Shown here: positions 27,510 to 36,750 of the stretch, one piece after another
How positions within the stretch are numbered: the stretch's first letter is position 1
Layout of the letters: each line of letters begins with the position of its first letter
IMG/VR virus record: IMGVR_UViG_3300025769_000082
Strand: one strand, 5' to 3'
DNA from: an uncultured virus (IMG/VR IMGVR_UViG_3300025769_000082)
Taxonomy: Duplodnaviria; Heunggongvirae; Uroviricota; Caudoviricetes
Length of the DNA: 64,000 bases
Notes under the pieces: generated by a model
Told to the model about the DNA's origin: nothing
The model's input: only the letters and a program-made list of their open reading frames with translations
Database searches by the model: none
Program-made: the position numbers and the translations under genes

Positions 27510-29950
27510 TACTCTTGCCTAGTCAGTTCGTTGAATTGTCCTATCCAAGCCACCGAGGTGATCTTAGATGGTAGGTGTGTACTGTTGATGATTTCGAGTT
27601 TCACGGTGTCACCACGGGAGCCCACAGGGAATCGTTGACTACCTGAGACAATAGGGACCCGACCAATTAGATTACCCGCGTCCCCGAGAACCCGTCCGGT
27701 CATTGCGAACGTACGGGCAGTACGGGAGGTTGGAGTCACTTTGAACTGGAAGAAACCAGTGTCCGCATAATTCACCCATAGACGTTTAATCTGTAACCGT
27801 CCGGTGGTGATCGTTTGGTCACTAGAGTCTCGTAGGTACTGCTTAGACAACTCAACCAGCATCGTGTAGTTAAACCCAATGATGGCTGTACTGGCACTAA
27901 AGTCACCAGACACCGTGAAGGCTGTCGTGGTGGTAAAGGTCGGTGTTAGTTGTCGTCCCTCATCATCGGTACCAAAACCGGCACCAAGAATCACCGCAAG
28001 GTCCGTAGACGAACCATGGGCATAAGGTAGTGTCCAAGTGGTGAGTCCTGTACCCGCGTCATACACACCCGTCACCTCGGCCCATTGGTCCAGTAGAACT
28101 GGTGTAGAATGGCTTGAGGGACCATCAGTGATATTAACGGGGAGACGTTCCATATACGTCGTATTATCGGGCTGACGAATAATCAGGGAGAGATACCCAT
28201 TCAGGAATGCCATCGCATGGATACGCGCACCTGTACGGAACTTCCAAGTACCCCAAGCCCTTTGGACCTTCTCGGTACCGTTGTTGTAGTACCGGTAAGT
28301 GTAGAGAGCATCACGGTCGTCTGAGGACAGGCACCAGAGGGTACTGGTAGCCGCATCACCCACAAGCCGGATCATGTTGGCGGGGAGATACCCGAACACA
28401 TGAATAGCCGTGTCTACGGCCTTAGAGAACAACTGATCGTCCTCTAGGACGTACTCAAGGATCGTGGAGGTCTGACCTGTCGTAGCTGCAAGATAAAGCT
28501 CATCAGCTAACGCTAGAGGTTGTGCTTTAATCTCTGTCTTATAGTTCGTAGTCGGATCAATTACCGCATTCTCGGGAGACATAACTGCTGCCGATCCCGA
28601 GGAGATATCGAACTGCGTCTTATCCGACGTAACAAAGAGCGACTTAGCGAAAGGAACCGCGTGGCGTAGGATAGAAACTTCCGGAGTCGCAGCTACAAGA
28701 CCTACAGGGTCAGAGTTAGTAACGACGGAGGCTTGATCCGGCCAGAAGTTGAAGTAGTCACCCGCCTGGGATGAATATGCGATTTCATCCGCGAAGAACC
28801 AAAGACGATTACGGTGGAACGTCAGGTCATTAACCTTCGCCCCAATGAAGTCTGGATTAGGAGTGACAGTCGCGTCGCCCACAGGCCTGGAATTGTACGT
28901 CCCACGCTTGAACGTAAATGTACCATCCGCTTCCCGTACGATGACATGAGGCATCGTCGCTACATCAAAGGAATTAGCCGCATTAGGGTCAGCGATCTCT
29001 TCCCAGAACCATACGGAGCCCGTACGGTCCAGTGTGGCGAAGTAGTAGCCCTCAGGAAATGCATCCGGTGAAACCTTCCAGATGTCACCAGTGTTACAAC
29101 CGGTGTCCGAGGTGTCCCATATGTTAGCCGGGGAACCTACGTCGTAGACGCCCAGGTACGCGGGAATGGACTCACCAGCCCGTGGTAGATCAGCGAAGGA
29201 CCGGGAAGGTCCATAGATGGTGGTCGTAATCGTTGTGTTGTCAATTGAACACACGACGGACTTATTTGCGATGACCGTCGTATCCAACAGAGTAGTGAAC
29301 GCAAAGCCATTCTCTGGGTCCGTAGTGTTGAGGAGATATGTGGTGTCTTTAAACGTAGCAGTAATCGTGTGGGTGCCCGTCCCAGCGACCGTGGTCCGCG
29401 TACGGATGTACGGGTAGATCGTTACAGTGGCCGAAGAGTTCGTAGTGAAGGTGTGCATAGTCACTTCTTCACCACCGAAGGCACCGGTGGCGGAACCCTC
29501 AACGACTACCGTGAGTCCCCCCGCAAGGTCCGTCATGGTGAGGTCAATCTGCGTCTCGGAAGACGGGTATGAGATTTGACCACTAGACGAGGTCACGGGA
29601 GAGACGGTGCTATCCTGTGCGAACACAAGGTACCGAGTACCATCATCGACGTTTACGGTCTTAGCAGTACCGGATGAGTCATAGATAATGGGAATACCCG
29701 CGTTGATGAATATCCAATATTGCTCCGTGGAGTCTCGCTCATAAGCGTGAGCGGCGACAACATCACTGGTCCCGATCTCCGGGATAGCAGTTTGGTACTC
29801 AGAGCCCATACGCTTCTCAAAGCCACCAGAGACGACACTGAATAAACAGTTGTCGGCCTCTTGGACCTGTCCAGGGAGCCGTACGGCATCAGGTTGCCGC
29901 GAGACCCCCTGATGCAACGTCTTGATACGTTGCTCCTCAAGGGACGCCAT
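27509..29950 (-). CDS. Tail tubular protein B (T7 gp12-like)
   Basis: GVSRQPD, TMPHVIVRE, FHRNRL, KVQRAWGTW, GRLQIKR motifs. Confidence 0.93.
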   Translation of the reverse strand: MASLEEQRIKTLHQGVSRQPDAVRLPGQVQEADNCLFSVVSGGFEKRMGSEYQTAIPEIGTSDVVAAHAYERDSTEQYWIFINAGIPIIYDSSGTAKTVNVDDGTRYLVFAQDSTVSPVTSSSGQISYPSSETQIDLTMTDLAGGLTVVVEGSATGAFGGEEVTMHTFTTNSSATVTIYPYIRTRTTVAGTGTHTITATFKDTTYLLNTTDPENGFAFTTLLDTTVIANKSVVCSIDNTTITTTIYGPSRSFADLPRAGESIPAYLGVYDVGSPANIWDTSDTGCNTGDIWKVSPDAFPEGYYFATLDRTGSVWFWEEIADPNAANSFDVATMPHVIVREADGTFTFKRGTYNSRPVGDATVTPNPDFIGAKVNDLTFHRNRLWFFADEIAYSSQAGDYFNFWPDQASVVTNSDPVGLVAATPEVSILRHAVPFAKSLFVTSDKTQFDISSGSAAVMSPENAVIDPTTNYKTEIKAQPLALADELYLAATTGQTSTILEYVLEDDQLFSKAVDTAIHVFGYLPANMIRLVGDAATSTLWCLSSDDRDALYTYRYYNNGTEKVQRAWGTWKFRTGARIHAMAFLNGYLSLIIRQPDNTTYMERLPVNITDGPSSHSTPVLLDQWAEVTGVYDAGTGLTTWTLPYAHGSSTDLAVILGAGFGTDDEGRQLTPTFTTTTAFTVSGDFSASTAIIGFNYTMLVELSKQYLRDSSDQTITTGRLQIKRLWVNYADTGFFQFKVTPTSRTARTFAMTGRVLGDAGNLIGRVPIVSGSQRFPVGSRGDTVKLEIINSTHLPSKITSVAWIGQFNELTRQE

Positions 29951-30552
29951 TAGAAAGTCCGTTGCCCCGTTCGTTGTGAAATGTAATAGCCGTGGGAGTT
30001 ATCGGTGAGTTCGTTCGCGTCCTCTTGGTCAGCCTCGTAGTCCATTAACGCGGCCCAGGCAGATGCCTCGTCTTCCGCTGTGAACGTATCGAGGGCGACA
30101 GACCCCATTTCGGACTTCTGGAATTTACGCGCCGCATGGTACGCAATGAAGCTCTGAAGTTCGTGGGGGAGGTCCGCGAAGTCGTACTCCCAAGTGATCT
30201 CGACGTAGAGCGTCGGTTTATTCGTCCAAGTGAACGTCTGGTTCTTAATGTCGTAGAGTTTACGAACACCACTATCATCACGGACGGAAACTTTTATATC
30301 TTTATCAACACCTGTGGTGTCGATACGCATAGCTTTATTTGGAACACGGTACTCGGTGTTAGCATCACGAGTGAGCTTCCAATCGTACTCAGTGTTACAG
30401 TTCCAGCCCTTCGTCAGAACATCCTTTGTAACGCGATCAAGAAACCGCTCAGCGGTCTCGGCGTCGGGGAGGCCCGAGTCGAGAGAGGACACAGGCTCCT
30501 CGTCGATTGCATCAAGCATGATGTTGACGGCTTGAATTTTAGTCAGAGACAT
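29950..30552 (-). CDS. Tail tubular protein A (T7 gp11-like)
   Basis: AVNIMLDAIDEEPVSSL, GWNCNTE, FIAYHAARKF. Confidence 0.92.
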   Translation of the reverse strand: MSLTKIQAVNIMLDAIDEEPVSSLDSGLPDAETAERFLDRVTKDVLTKGWNCNTEYDWKLTRDANTEYRVPNKAMRIDTTGVDKDIKVSVRDDSGVRKLYDIKNQTFTWTNKPTLYVEITWEYDFADLPHELQSFIAYHAARKFQKSEMGSVALDTFTAEDEASAWAALMDYEADQEDANELTDNSHGYYISQRTGQRTF

Positions 30553-30563
30553 ATGTCTTCCCT

Positions 30564-30603
30564 ATAAACAACAAAGACCCCCCTTGGTCGAAACCAAGGG
30601 GGG
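30564..30603 (-). terminator. T-phi-like intrinsic terminator after capsid
   Basis: CCCCCCTTGG-TTTCGA-CCAAGGGGGG then TCTTTGTTGTTT on minus strand. Confidence 0.85.
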
Positions 30604-30625
30604 CAGTTGGAGGAACTAGACCTTC

Positions 30626-31615
30626 TTACGAGGTCTTCACCTCAATGGCGCATTCAGGTCGGAGGGTGCCATGACCCACCAACATCTTCGCCACGAGGAA
30701 GTCTTCGAGACGACGCGTGTCGCGCTCGGACTCGAAGTTAATGTCCATCACCTTGACGGTACCAATAGCCATGGGAACCCAGCCAATACCGGTGGTGGTG
30801 GAGTAGTCACCGCGATACTTCGCGTAGACGTTAGTCGCAGCCGACTCATCCGTCACGAATGGCGCGTTACGAGTCTTAAGGACCGTAACACCATCAATGA
30901 CCATCGACTCAACGCGAGAGTTGATTCCACCCGAGGAGGGTTGACCAGAAAAGTCACGGTTGAGGACGAGGTAATTACCATTCGAATCCGCTGCATACTT
31001 GATAGCGTCAAAGACGTACCAGTTGACTGCGAGATAACGCGGGGCCGTTTCAGGGACATCCGCCTCGAACCACACACGGTTCATTTCGCGGATCACTTCG
31101 ATCCACTCAATACCGCTAGTCGTTGAGGTGTTCACAGCGTTGGCGTCAGTAATGACGTTACCAGCCGGGAACGGACCATCAGCAGTCGAACGGGCGGTGG
31201 TGATCAACTGACGGGCGACGTTCTTATCGAACACCTTAGCCAGTTCCGCACCCATTGCGTCCGCGAACTTAGACCGAACGTCAAAGTGCGAGAGCATCTT
31301 GTCGAGGTCCGACAAAGCCGTGTGCGACACGAGGATGTCATCAACGGTGATCTGGACTTCGGTCGTATCGATGTCTTCACCCAGCAGTTCAGTACCAGGA
31401 GTGTGATATTCCGAAGTCGCTTTCCACGTCTTCGGGAACTTGTAGCTTCGAGCGCCGCCGCTAACAGTCTTGACCTCATGCTTGTCCATAAAGACAGTAG
31501 CAAGGTCAAAAGCTGCCATAACTTCGCCGCCGAAGACATCCAGCCACAGGTTACGGGAGTCCGACGCGGACTGACCATAACCGAAACGTGCCGGATTAGA
31601 GGGAGTACCAGCCAT
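30626..31615 (-). CDS. Major capsid protein (T7 gp10-like)
   Basis: LWLDVFGGEVMAAF, YHTPGTEL, GHGTLRPECA. Confidence 0.95.
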   Translation of the reverse strand: MAGTPSNPARFGYGQSASDSRNLWLDVFGGEVMAAFDLATVFMDKHEVKTVSGGARSYKFPKTWKATSEYHTPGTELLGEDIDTTEVQITVDDILVSHTALSDLDKMLSHFDVRSKFADAMGAELAKVFDKNVARQLITTARSTADGPFPAGNVITDANAVNTSTTSGIEWIEVIREMNRVWFEADVPETAPRYLAVNWYVFDAIKYAADSNGNYLVLNRDFSGQPSSGGINSRVESMVIDGVTVLKTRNAPFVTDESAATNVYAKYRGDYSTTTGIGWVPMAIGTVKVMDINFESERDTRRLEDFLVAKMLVGHGTLRPECAIEVKTS

Positions 31616-31629
31616 AATCTATGACCTCC

Positions 31630-32139
31630 TTAAGCCGCCACGGTGCCGGTGATGACGCCAGCGTCGATAAGGTCCTGAATCAAGGTCCCTACAACGTCGG
31701 CAATCTCCGCGTCGGCTGCGGTGTCGCAGTCCATAGCGCGGTCGGCAGTGTGGTTGGTGATGGTGTAGGCATTGTCGTGTGAGACGAAGGCAATACCTTC
31801 GACTAGAACTTGACCACTCTTGGACGAATCCGAGCGGAGGAAGTTCACTCTGTTGTTTGAATTACTAGATGCGATGACATTCGCGTCAAGGCGGTCCAAC
31901 TGTTTGTTGGTATCATCGTACGTCGCAATACCGATTTCCCACTTGGACGGATCGTCCAGGGAAACGGCTTTGTACGCAATAGTGTCCGAGTCAGTCATAT
32001 CCGTGAACGGAGATTTACCAATCGGGGTCTCAGCAAAGTTCTCATAGCTGGACAGACCGACTTCAAACTCCGAAGCAGCGGCACAAGACTGAACGAACTG
32101 AGCGTACACAGTGGCTGCAAAGCCAACTACATGAGCCAT
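31630..32139 (-). CDS. Putative minor virion/decoration protein
   Basis: WEIGIATY...VIASSNSNNRVNF motif reminiscent of fibre-type N-terminal modules; directly upstream of capsid. Confidence 0.45.
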   Translation of the reverse strand: MAHVVGFAATVYAQFVQSCAAASEFEVGLSSYENFAETPIGKSPFTDMTDSDTIAYKAVSLDDPSKWEIGIATYDDTNKQLDRLDANVIASSNSNNRVNFLRSDSSKSGQVLVEGIAFVSHDNAYTITNHTADRAMDCDTAADAEIADVVGTLIQDLIDAGVITGTVAA

Positions 32140-32339
32140 AGGTTTTGTTCACCTGTTATGGTTATTGTTATTATTGAGGGTGAAGTTTCGGATTCCCCGT
32201 CCTCGATAGATTATCCAGCCGTAGCCAGGTCTAGAGTACTTAGGGTCACACACGACACGCTGAGCCTCTCTCAAGGAGCCACCTTGAGAACAGGTAACAA
32301 GGAACGTGCCGTATTCTAGCGACGGCTAGTCGCGTTGAA

Positions 32340-32951
32340 TTAGGGTTTTGATTTGAAGTTCTGAATGAACAACTCTCGCTCCATCGGCGAGGATTTCGCT
32401 AGGAAATACTGAAGGGCTGTAAGGAGTTCAGTACGACCTAAGGAGAAGTCTATAGGGAGTACGTCTCTCCCGTATTGGTACAAAGGTTTAAGGAGGGGAC
32501 TAGCAGGGGGAATGGTGATTTTTATACCGAGCCCTTGGGCTAGCCCTAACCAACGGTACATCGCAGGGCGTTGGGTCTCATACTCACCCATCTTCTCCAT
32601 GTCGATGCCCCACAAGCCAATCTCGTCAACACCTTCGTAGATAGCGAGGGCGACCATGTAGCAAAGCGTACAACTAAAGTCATCGAAGTACGCCTCGATA
32701 ATCTCATCCAGAGGGAACTTCTTAGACCGACGACAGATAGGCTCGCGCATATATAACACTACGCCAGACTTCTCAGCCTTCTTGAGGTACGACTTGTCGG
32801 GAACCATAACTTGATGGTCGTACATATCAAATAGACGATCCACCCTACGTAGTTTGGTATCCCAGGGAAGGCCCCATATCTCCCAGGACTTGTCGTCGAA
32901 AGGTGCGTCCTTCCGACTATCGGCCTGACCGATCACTGCGACCTTACGCAC
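32340..32951 (-). CDS. Hypothetical protein, possible GT29/DUF115-like glycosyltransferase fold
   Basis: KVAVIG N-terminus and ALAIYEGVDEIGLWGIDM motif. Confidence 0.5.
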   Translation of the reverse strand: MRKVAVIGQADSRKDAPFDDKSWEIWGLPWDTKLRRVDRLFDMYDHQVMVPDKSYLKKAEKSGVVLYMREPICRRSKKFPLDEIIEAYFDDFSCTLCYMVALAIYEGVDEIGLWGIDMEKMGEYETQRPAMYRWLGLAQGLGIKITIPPASPLLKPLYQYGRDVLPIDFSLGRTELLTALQYFLAKSSPMERELFIQNFKSKP

Positions 32952-33143
32952 CTAGGGACCATCGAATATAGAATGGGACGTACCAGTGGCTTACCGTTTT
33001 ATAAAATATAGGGTCACTTTGTACCATTACAGAGAACTCCTGTCGAAAGTATCTAAGCTGAACCGGAGGGTCACGTCCGCGTTGTTGGTGTCGGTGTCCG
33101 CTACAAAGTACAGCACGTCGACTGATGTACCGATAAGGGTCTT

Positions 33144-33193
33144 GAAAATGATAAATAAGCCCCCTCCCAGTAATTGGTCTGTAGGGAGGGGGC
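33144..33193 (-). terminator. Probable terminator after scaffold gene
   Basis: GCCCCCTCCC...GGGAGGGGGC stem followed by TTATTTATCATTTT. Confidence 0.6.
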
Positions 33194-33222
33194 ATCAACC
33201 TGATACTCAGGAGTACCAGTGT

Positions 33223-34056
33223 CTAGTATTCGTCGTCTTCAAATTGAGACGCTGCAACCCTCGAGGCTACTTCCTTACGGAAGGTTGGGTCATTACGGTA
33301 CTTATCGGACTTCATATCTTCCTTCATCTGATTACGACTCTTATAACCGTCACCAGAGAAGCCAGACGAGGCTTCATCACCGAAGATCATGAGACCTTCT
33401 TGACCTGTAGGGGTTGCAGATTTCATCTTACCCTTAATCGTATCGACAGCAGCTTTCCAACCAGGACCGGCAAGCATCTCGTTATATGCCGCCTGTTCAT
33501 CCGTAGAGAGGTTGTCGAGACACCACACGTTCATCTTATCCCAACCGTCGGTACCTCCGACATACTCCAAGGCTTCGCTCTGGGAGTTCTCCAGGCGGTA
33601 CTTCGCATTCTCGATATAGCTGTCGATAAGCTCTTCGGGAATACCACGGTCCACCAAGGACTTCTTAGCGTCTTCAGGGATACCACCGGTCTCGACAATC
33701 GATTGCCCGAGGGCGTCCATATCTAGACCAGCTTCAGTAACGATGTCTTTGACGGCTTCGTCTTCACTAGTCTTGTCACTCGCTGCAGACTTCTCATCAC
33801 TCGCTGCAGACTTCTCATCCTTAGTCAGGCGGTATTGGAGTTCTTTAGCGTGGTTCTGCCAGTTGTACTCACCGGTCTTAGGGTTATAAAACTTCTCCTG
33901 TCCGCCTTCAGGCATCGGCGGGACCGGTGGGGTCTCAGAGTCGTCATGCTCTTCTTGTGATTGGCGGAAATTACTCGCCATCATTTCGTTGTACTCATCG
34001 GAACCAGGTACGGGACCTTGGTCTTCTTGGGTTACCTCTTGGGACTCAGGCATCAT
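33223..34056 (-). CDS. Capsid assembly scaffold (T7 gp9-like)
   Basis: Acidic; VGGTDGWDKM and DMKSDKYRNDPTFRKEV motifs. Confidence 0.9.
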   Translation of the reverse strand: MMPESQEVTQEDQGPVPGSDEYNEMMASNFRQSQEEHDDSETPPVPPMPEGGQEKFYNPKTGEYNWQNHAKELQYRLTKDEKSAASDEKSAASDKTSEDEAVKDIVTEAGLDMDALGQSIVETGGIPEDAKKSLVDRGIPEELIDSYIENAKYRLENSQSEALEYVGGTDGWDKMNVWCLDNLSTDEQAAYNEMLAGPGWKAAVDTIKGKMKSATPTGQEGLMIFGDEASSGFSGDGYKSRNQMKEDMKSDKYRNDPTFRKEVASRVAASQFEDDEY

Positions 34057-34064
34057 TCCTCCAG

Positions 34065-35594
34065 TTATTGTGGCGGCGCAACAGCTTGCTGTGCCGCAGC
34101 AACACCACCAGCCTCAGCCACACTTTGGCCGATCTGTGCTGCCATTTGTTCTTGTTGTTTCTGTGCGACCTCCGCTTCCGAACGTACAGCGTCGGACAGT
34201 TGGAGACCATTGAAGAGCTTACCGAGAAGCTCAGGCATCTTGACGTACATCAACGTAGCTTCATCAAACCCTTGGAGGGTCTGGAGAGCTTGTGTGACAC
34301 GAACCACGTCCTGTTCGCGACCAAGGGCCTCTAGGCCCGTAATCACAGTTGGCTCCACAATACCGTCAGGCCATTCAGGTAGCTGTTCGTTCGACTGCAT
34401 CTGAGCGATCAAACGCATAAGACGGTTACGTTGCATATCCTGGGAGAGCATCGAGAAGACACCGCCGAGGGAGCCTTCAAGCTCTTCAGTCATGAGACGA
34501 AGCTCAGTAGCTGTAACACGTTCAGCATCACGACGAGCCGAAGAGTTCATAAGGAAGGCTGAGGCAAGTTCCTGACTGAGTCGTGAAATCTCCTCTTGGG
34601 CGACTGCAAGACCAGCAGTGTTCGTGAACTGCTTCATTTCCACATCTTCAGGGTTACCGACAATGTAGTCACCGTTCTCGGCTTGGGCGAGACGACGGCG
34701 AAGCTTAAGACCACCAGCAGCATTTGGACGAACCATATTGATATGGCGCGAGGCCATAGCAGCACCTTCGACCATTGCCTTACGGAGGTGGTTTAGTGAA
34801 ATAAGGTCGGCTATATGATCATCGACCTTAGACCGAGCATAGTCTTCCCCGAGTCCCTGGGACCAACCTAAGCTGTTAAAGGGTAGAACCTTAGTCTTAC
34901 CCACGGAAGCCCCAATAACTTCATCACCTAACTCTTGATGTACCCGCCAAGTACCGTCTTTAAGACGCTTGACCCAAGTGTACAGGTTAATCTTCTCCTG
35001 ACCATTCTGAGGTACGTCTTTGACTAATCCCCTGACTTCTTCAGGGAGGTTGTCAGGGTAGACTTTCTCTTCAATCACCAGTTCAATAAGGCGACCAGCG
35101 GGGTCTTTAACCTGACAGTACTGATCTAGGCGGTAGGCCTTGATCCGGTTGTCAGGGAGCATCTGCTCGAGGACGTTACCAGCGACTACGAGGTGCTGGA
35201 GAACGGTGTTCGTAGGGGACCGCCATTGTCGGCGTTCAATCTCTGAGTTAATCAGAGTTTCTACGTTGACTAAGCTACCCTCAATTTCAGCACTTACCGG
35301 TGAACCTTCAGCCAGGACTACCTCAGCGGGGATTTGCAAGCGGAAGCTAGACGTCCCCGGCGGGTATAAGGCTGTTAGGAGACGGGAGGCTAGGAAGACG
35401 ACACCCCTAGCACCTAAACCCTGGAAGGGCTCAACGAGTAGGGATGAACCAGTGTGCCCATCCGGAGGTAGGATACTGGGGATCGTCATTTCGGCATTAC
35501 GCCTTGCGCGACGTAAATATGGTTCGCGCTTAACAGCTAGCGCCTTATATCGGGCGTTCGCTGTAACTCTTTTATCAGACATCCTACCTCTCAA
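34065..35594 (-). CDS. Portal / head-tail connector (T7 gp8-like)
   Basis: QGLGARGVVFLASRL, RDAERVTATE, ITGLEALGR. Confidence 0.95.
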   Translation of the reverse strand: MRGRMSDKRVTANARYKALAVKREPYLRRARRNAEMTIPSILPPDGHTGSSLLVEPFQGLGARGVVFLASRLLTALYPPGTSSFRLQIPAEVVLAEGSPVSAEIEGSLVNVETLINSEIERRQWRSPTNTVLQHLVVAGNVLEQMLPDNRIKAYRLDQYCQVKDPAGRLIELVIEEKVYPDNLPEEVRGLVKDVPQNGQEKINLYTWVKRLKDGTWRVHQELGDEVIGASVGKTKVLPFNSLGWSQGLGEDYARSKVDDHIADLISLNHLRKAMVEGAAMASRHINMVRPNAAGGLKLRRRLAQAENGDYIVGNPEDVEMKQFTNTAGLAVAQEEISRLSQELASAFLMNSSARRDAERVTATELRLMTEELEGSLGGVFSMLSQDMQRNRLMRLIAQMQSNEQLPEWPDGIVEPTVITGLEALGREQDVVRVTQALQTLQGFDEATLMYVKMPELLGKLFNGLQLSDAVRSEAEVAQKQQEQMAAQIGQSVAEAGGVAAAQQAVAPPQ

Positions 35595-35861
35595 TTAAAC
35601 GCCAATAGACAGACCTGTTGAAGTACCGTTGTTCCCGGTATTCAATGCGATCCGAAGGCGATCACGGTTGACCCGCTCTGATTGTTTCTTGGCCTCCTTC
35701 CGCGCAATCTCTAAACCACCCGCGTCAGGGCGACTCGCCGTAGGGTCTTTCTTACTTACTACTGGAGGAGGTGGTGGTGGAGGCGGCGGGGCCGGTAGCG
35801 GTTCCGCTACTTTTACTGGTGTTGGAGCGGGCGGCTTCGGGGAGGAGAAAATACCACCCAT
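35595..35861 (-). CDS. Virion assembly protein (T7 gp7.3-like)
   Basis: MGGIFSSPKPP, Pro-rich, LRIAL C-terminus; upstream of portal. Confidence 0.6.
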   Translation of the reverse strand: MGGIFSSPKPPAPTPVKVAEPLPAPPPPPPPPPVVSKKDPTASRPDAGGLEIARKEAKKQSERVNRDRLRIALNTGNNGTSTGLSIGV

Positions 35862-35863
35862 GA

Positions 35864-36316
35864 TTATAACCTCTTTTTATGCATAGTCCCAATCTGTGGG
35901 AACCCAAGTTTCTCATAAAGCTGAGCCGTCCTATCAGCGTGGATGGACGAGGAGATACCTAAGACTAAGTCTTTAGCCCCAGAATCCTTAGCCCACACCT
36001 CAAGCCGCTTTAAGAGGCGGGGTCCAGTAGTCCCCCCACGGAATAGGGGGTCCACGTAGAAGAGGAGGTCAGCGGCGCATTTATCGGACCCGAAGAAGTG
36101 CTTGTAGATGAAACCAGCGATCATCCCTTTGAGGATGTTCCCATCCACCGCGACGAAGGCTGCGTAATTCTGACGATCTGTGAGTGCTGAGTGACCAAGG
36201 TTCCTGAGGTCTTGGGGATCATAGTCCAAGTGACTATAGCCCCCTTCATCATGGAACATGGCACCTAGCTTGATCATCGCGTCTATGTCTGACGCCTGAT
36301 ACTCACGGATCATCAT
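35864..36316 (-). CDS. GNAT family acetyltransferase
   Basis: FYVDPLFRGG...LYEKLGF. Confidence 0.85.
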   Translation of the reverse strand: MMIREYQASDIDAMIKLGAMFHDEGGYSHLDYDPQDLRNLGHSALTDRQNYAAFVAVDGNILKGMIAGFIYKHFFGSDKCAADLLFYVDPLFRGGTTGPRLLKRLEVWAKDSGAKDLVLGISSSIHADRTAQLYEKLGFPQIGTMHKKRL

Positions 36317-36527
36317 CCTGATCGGCTCCTTGCTCTTCAGCTTTAAGACTGACTAGTATGTCGATCATGTCACGAGCCCCGGCGTACCGGTTAGCCGCCT
36401 CGATAGACTCCCCAGGGAGAATACAACGGGCGGGCCACTCAGTATCTAGTAGGTCGATGAGTCCGTAAGCGGTCATAGGTAGCGTTATTTCGGTTTCTAG
36501 GTCCACTAAGGGTCCTTTATTACTCAT
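36303..36527 (-). CDS. Hypothetical protein (gp6.7-like position)
   Basis: LIDLLDTEWP...YAGARDMIDIL; coupled ORF. Confidence 0.6.
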   Translation of the reverse strand: MSNKGPLVDLETEITLPMTAYGLIDLLDTEWPARCILPGESIEAANRYAGARDMIDILVSLKAEEQGADQDDDP

Positions 36528-36748
36528 TGATCACTCCTATTCTTGGATTTAGACTGTACAGCAAGGTTCTTTTTACTGTTATTCCGGGGATTATGGTCCT
36601 TGTGGTGGACATCCTTCCCATCCCCCTTAGAGACCCTACCCTCCTTCGACAGCTCACGACGGGCAGCATTCCTTGAAGCCCGCCGCTTTTTCTGTTCCGA
36701 CTTAGAATGGTAGTCGAGGTACTCCTTACGATAATCACGTTCCGCCAT
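36524..36748 (-). CDS. Small HNH endonuclease
   Basis: GDGKDVHHKDHNPRNNSKKNL. Confidence 0.8.
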   Translation of the reverse strand: MAERDYRKEYLDYHSKSEQKKRRASRNAARRELSKEGRVSKGDGKDVHHKDHNPRNNSKKNLAVQSKSKNRSDQ

Positions 36749-36750
36749 AG

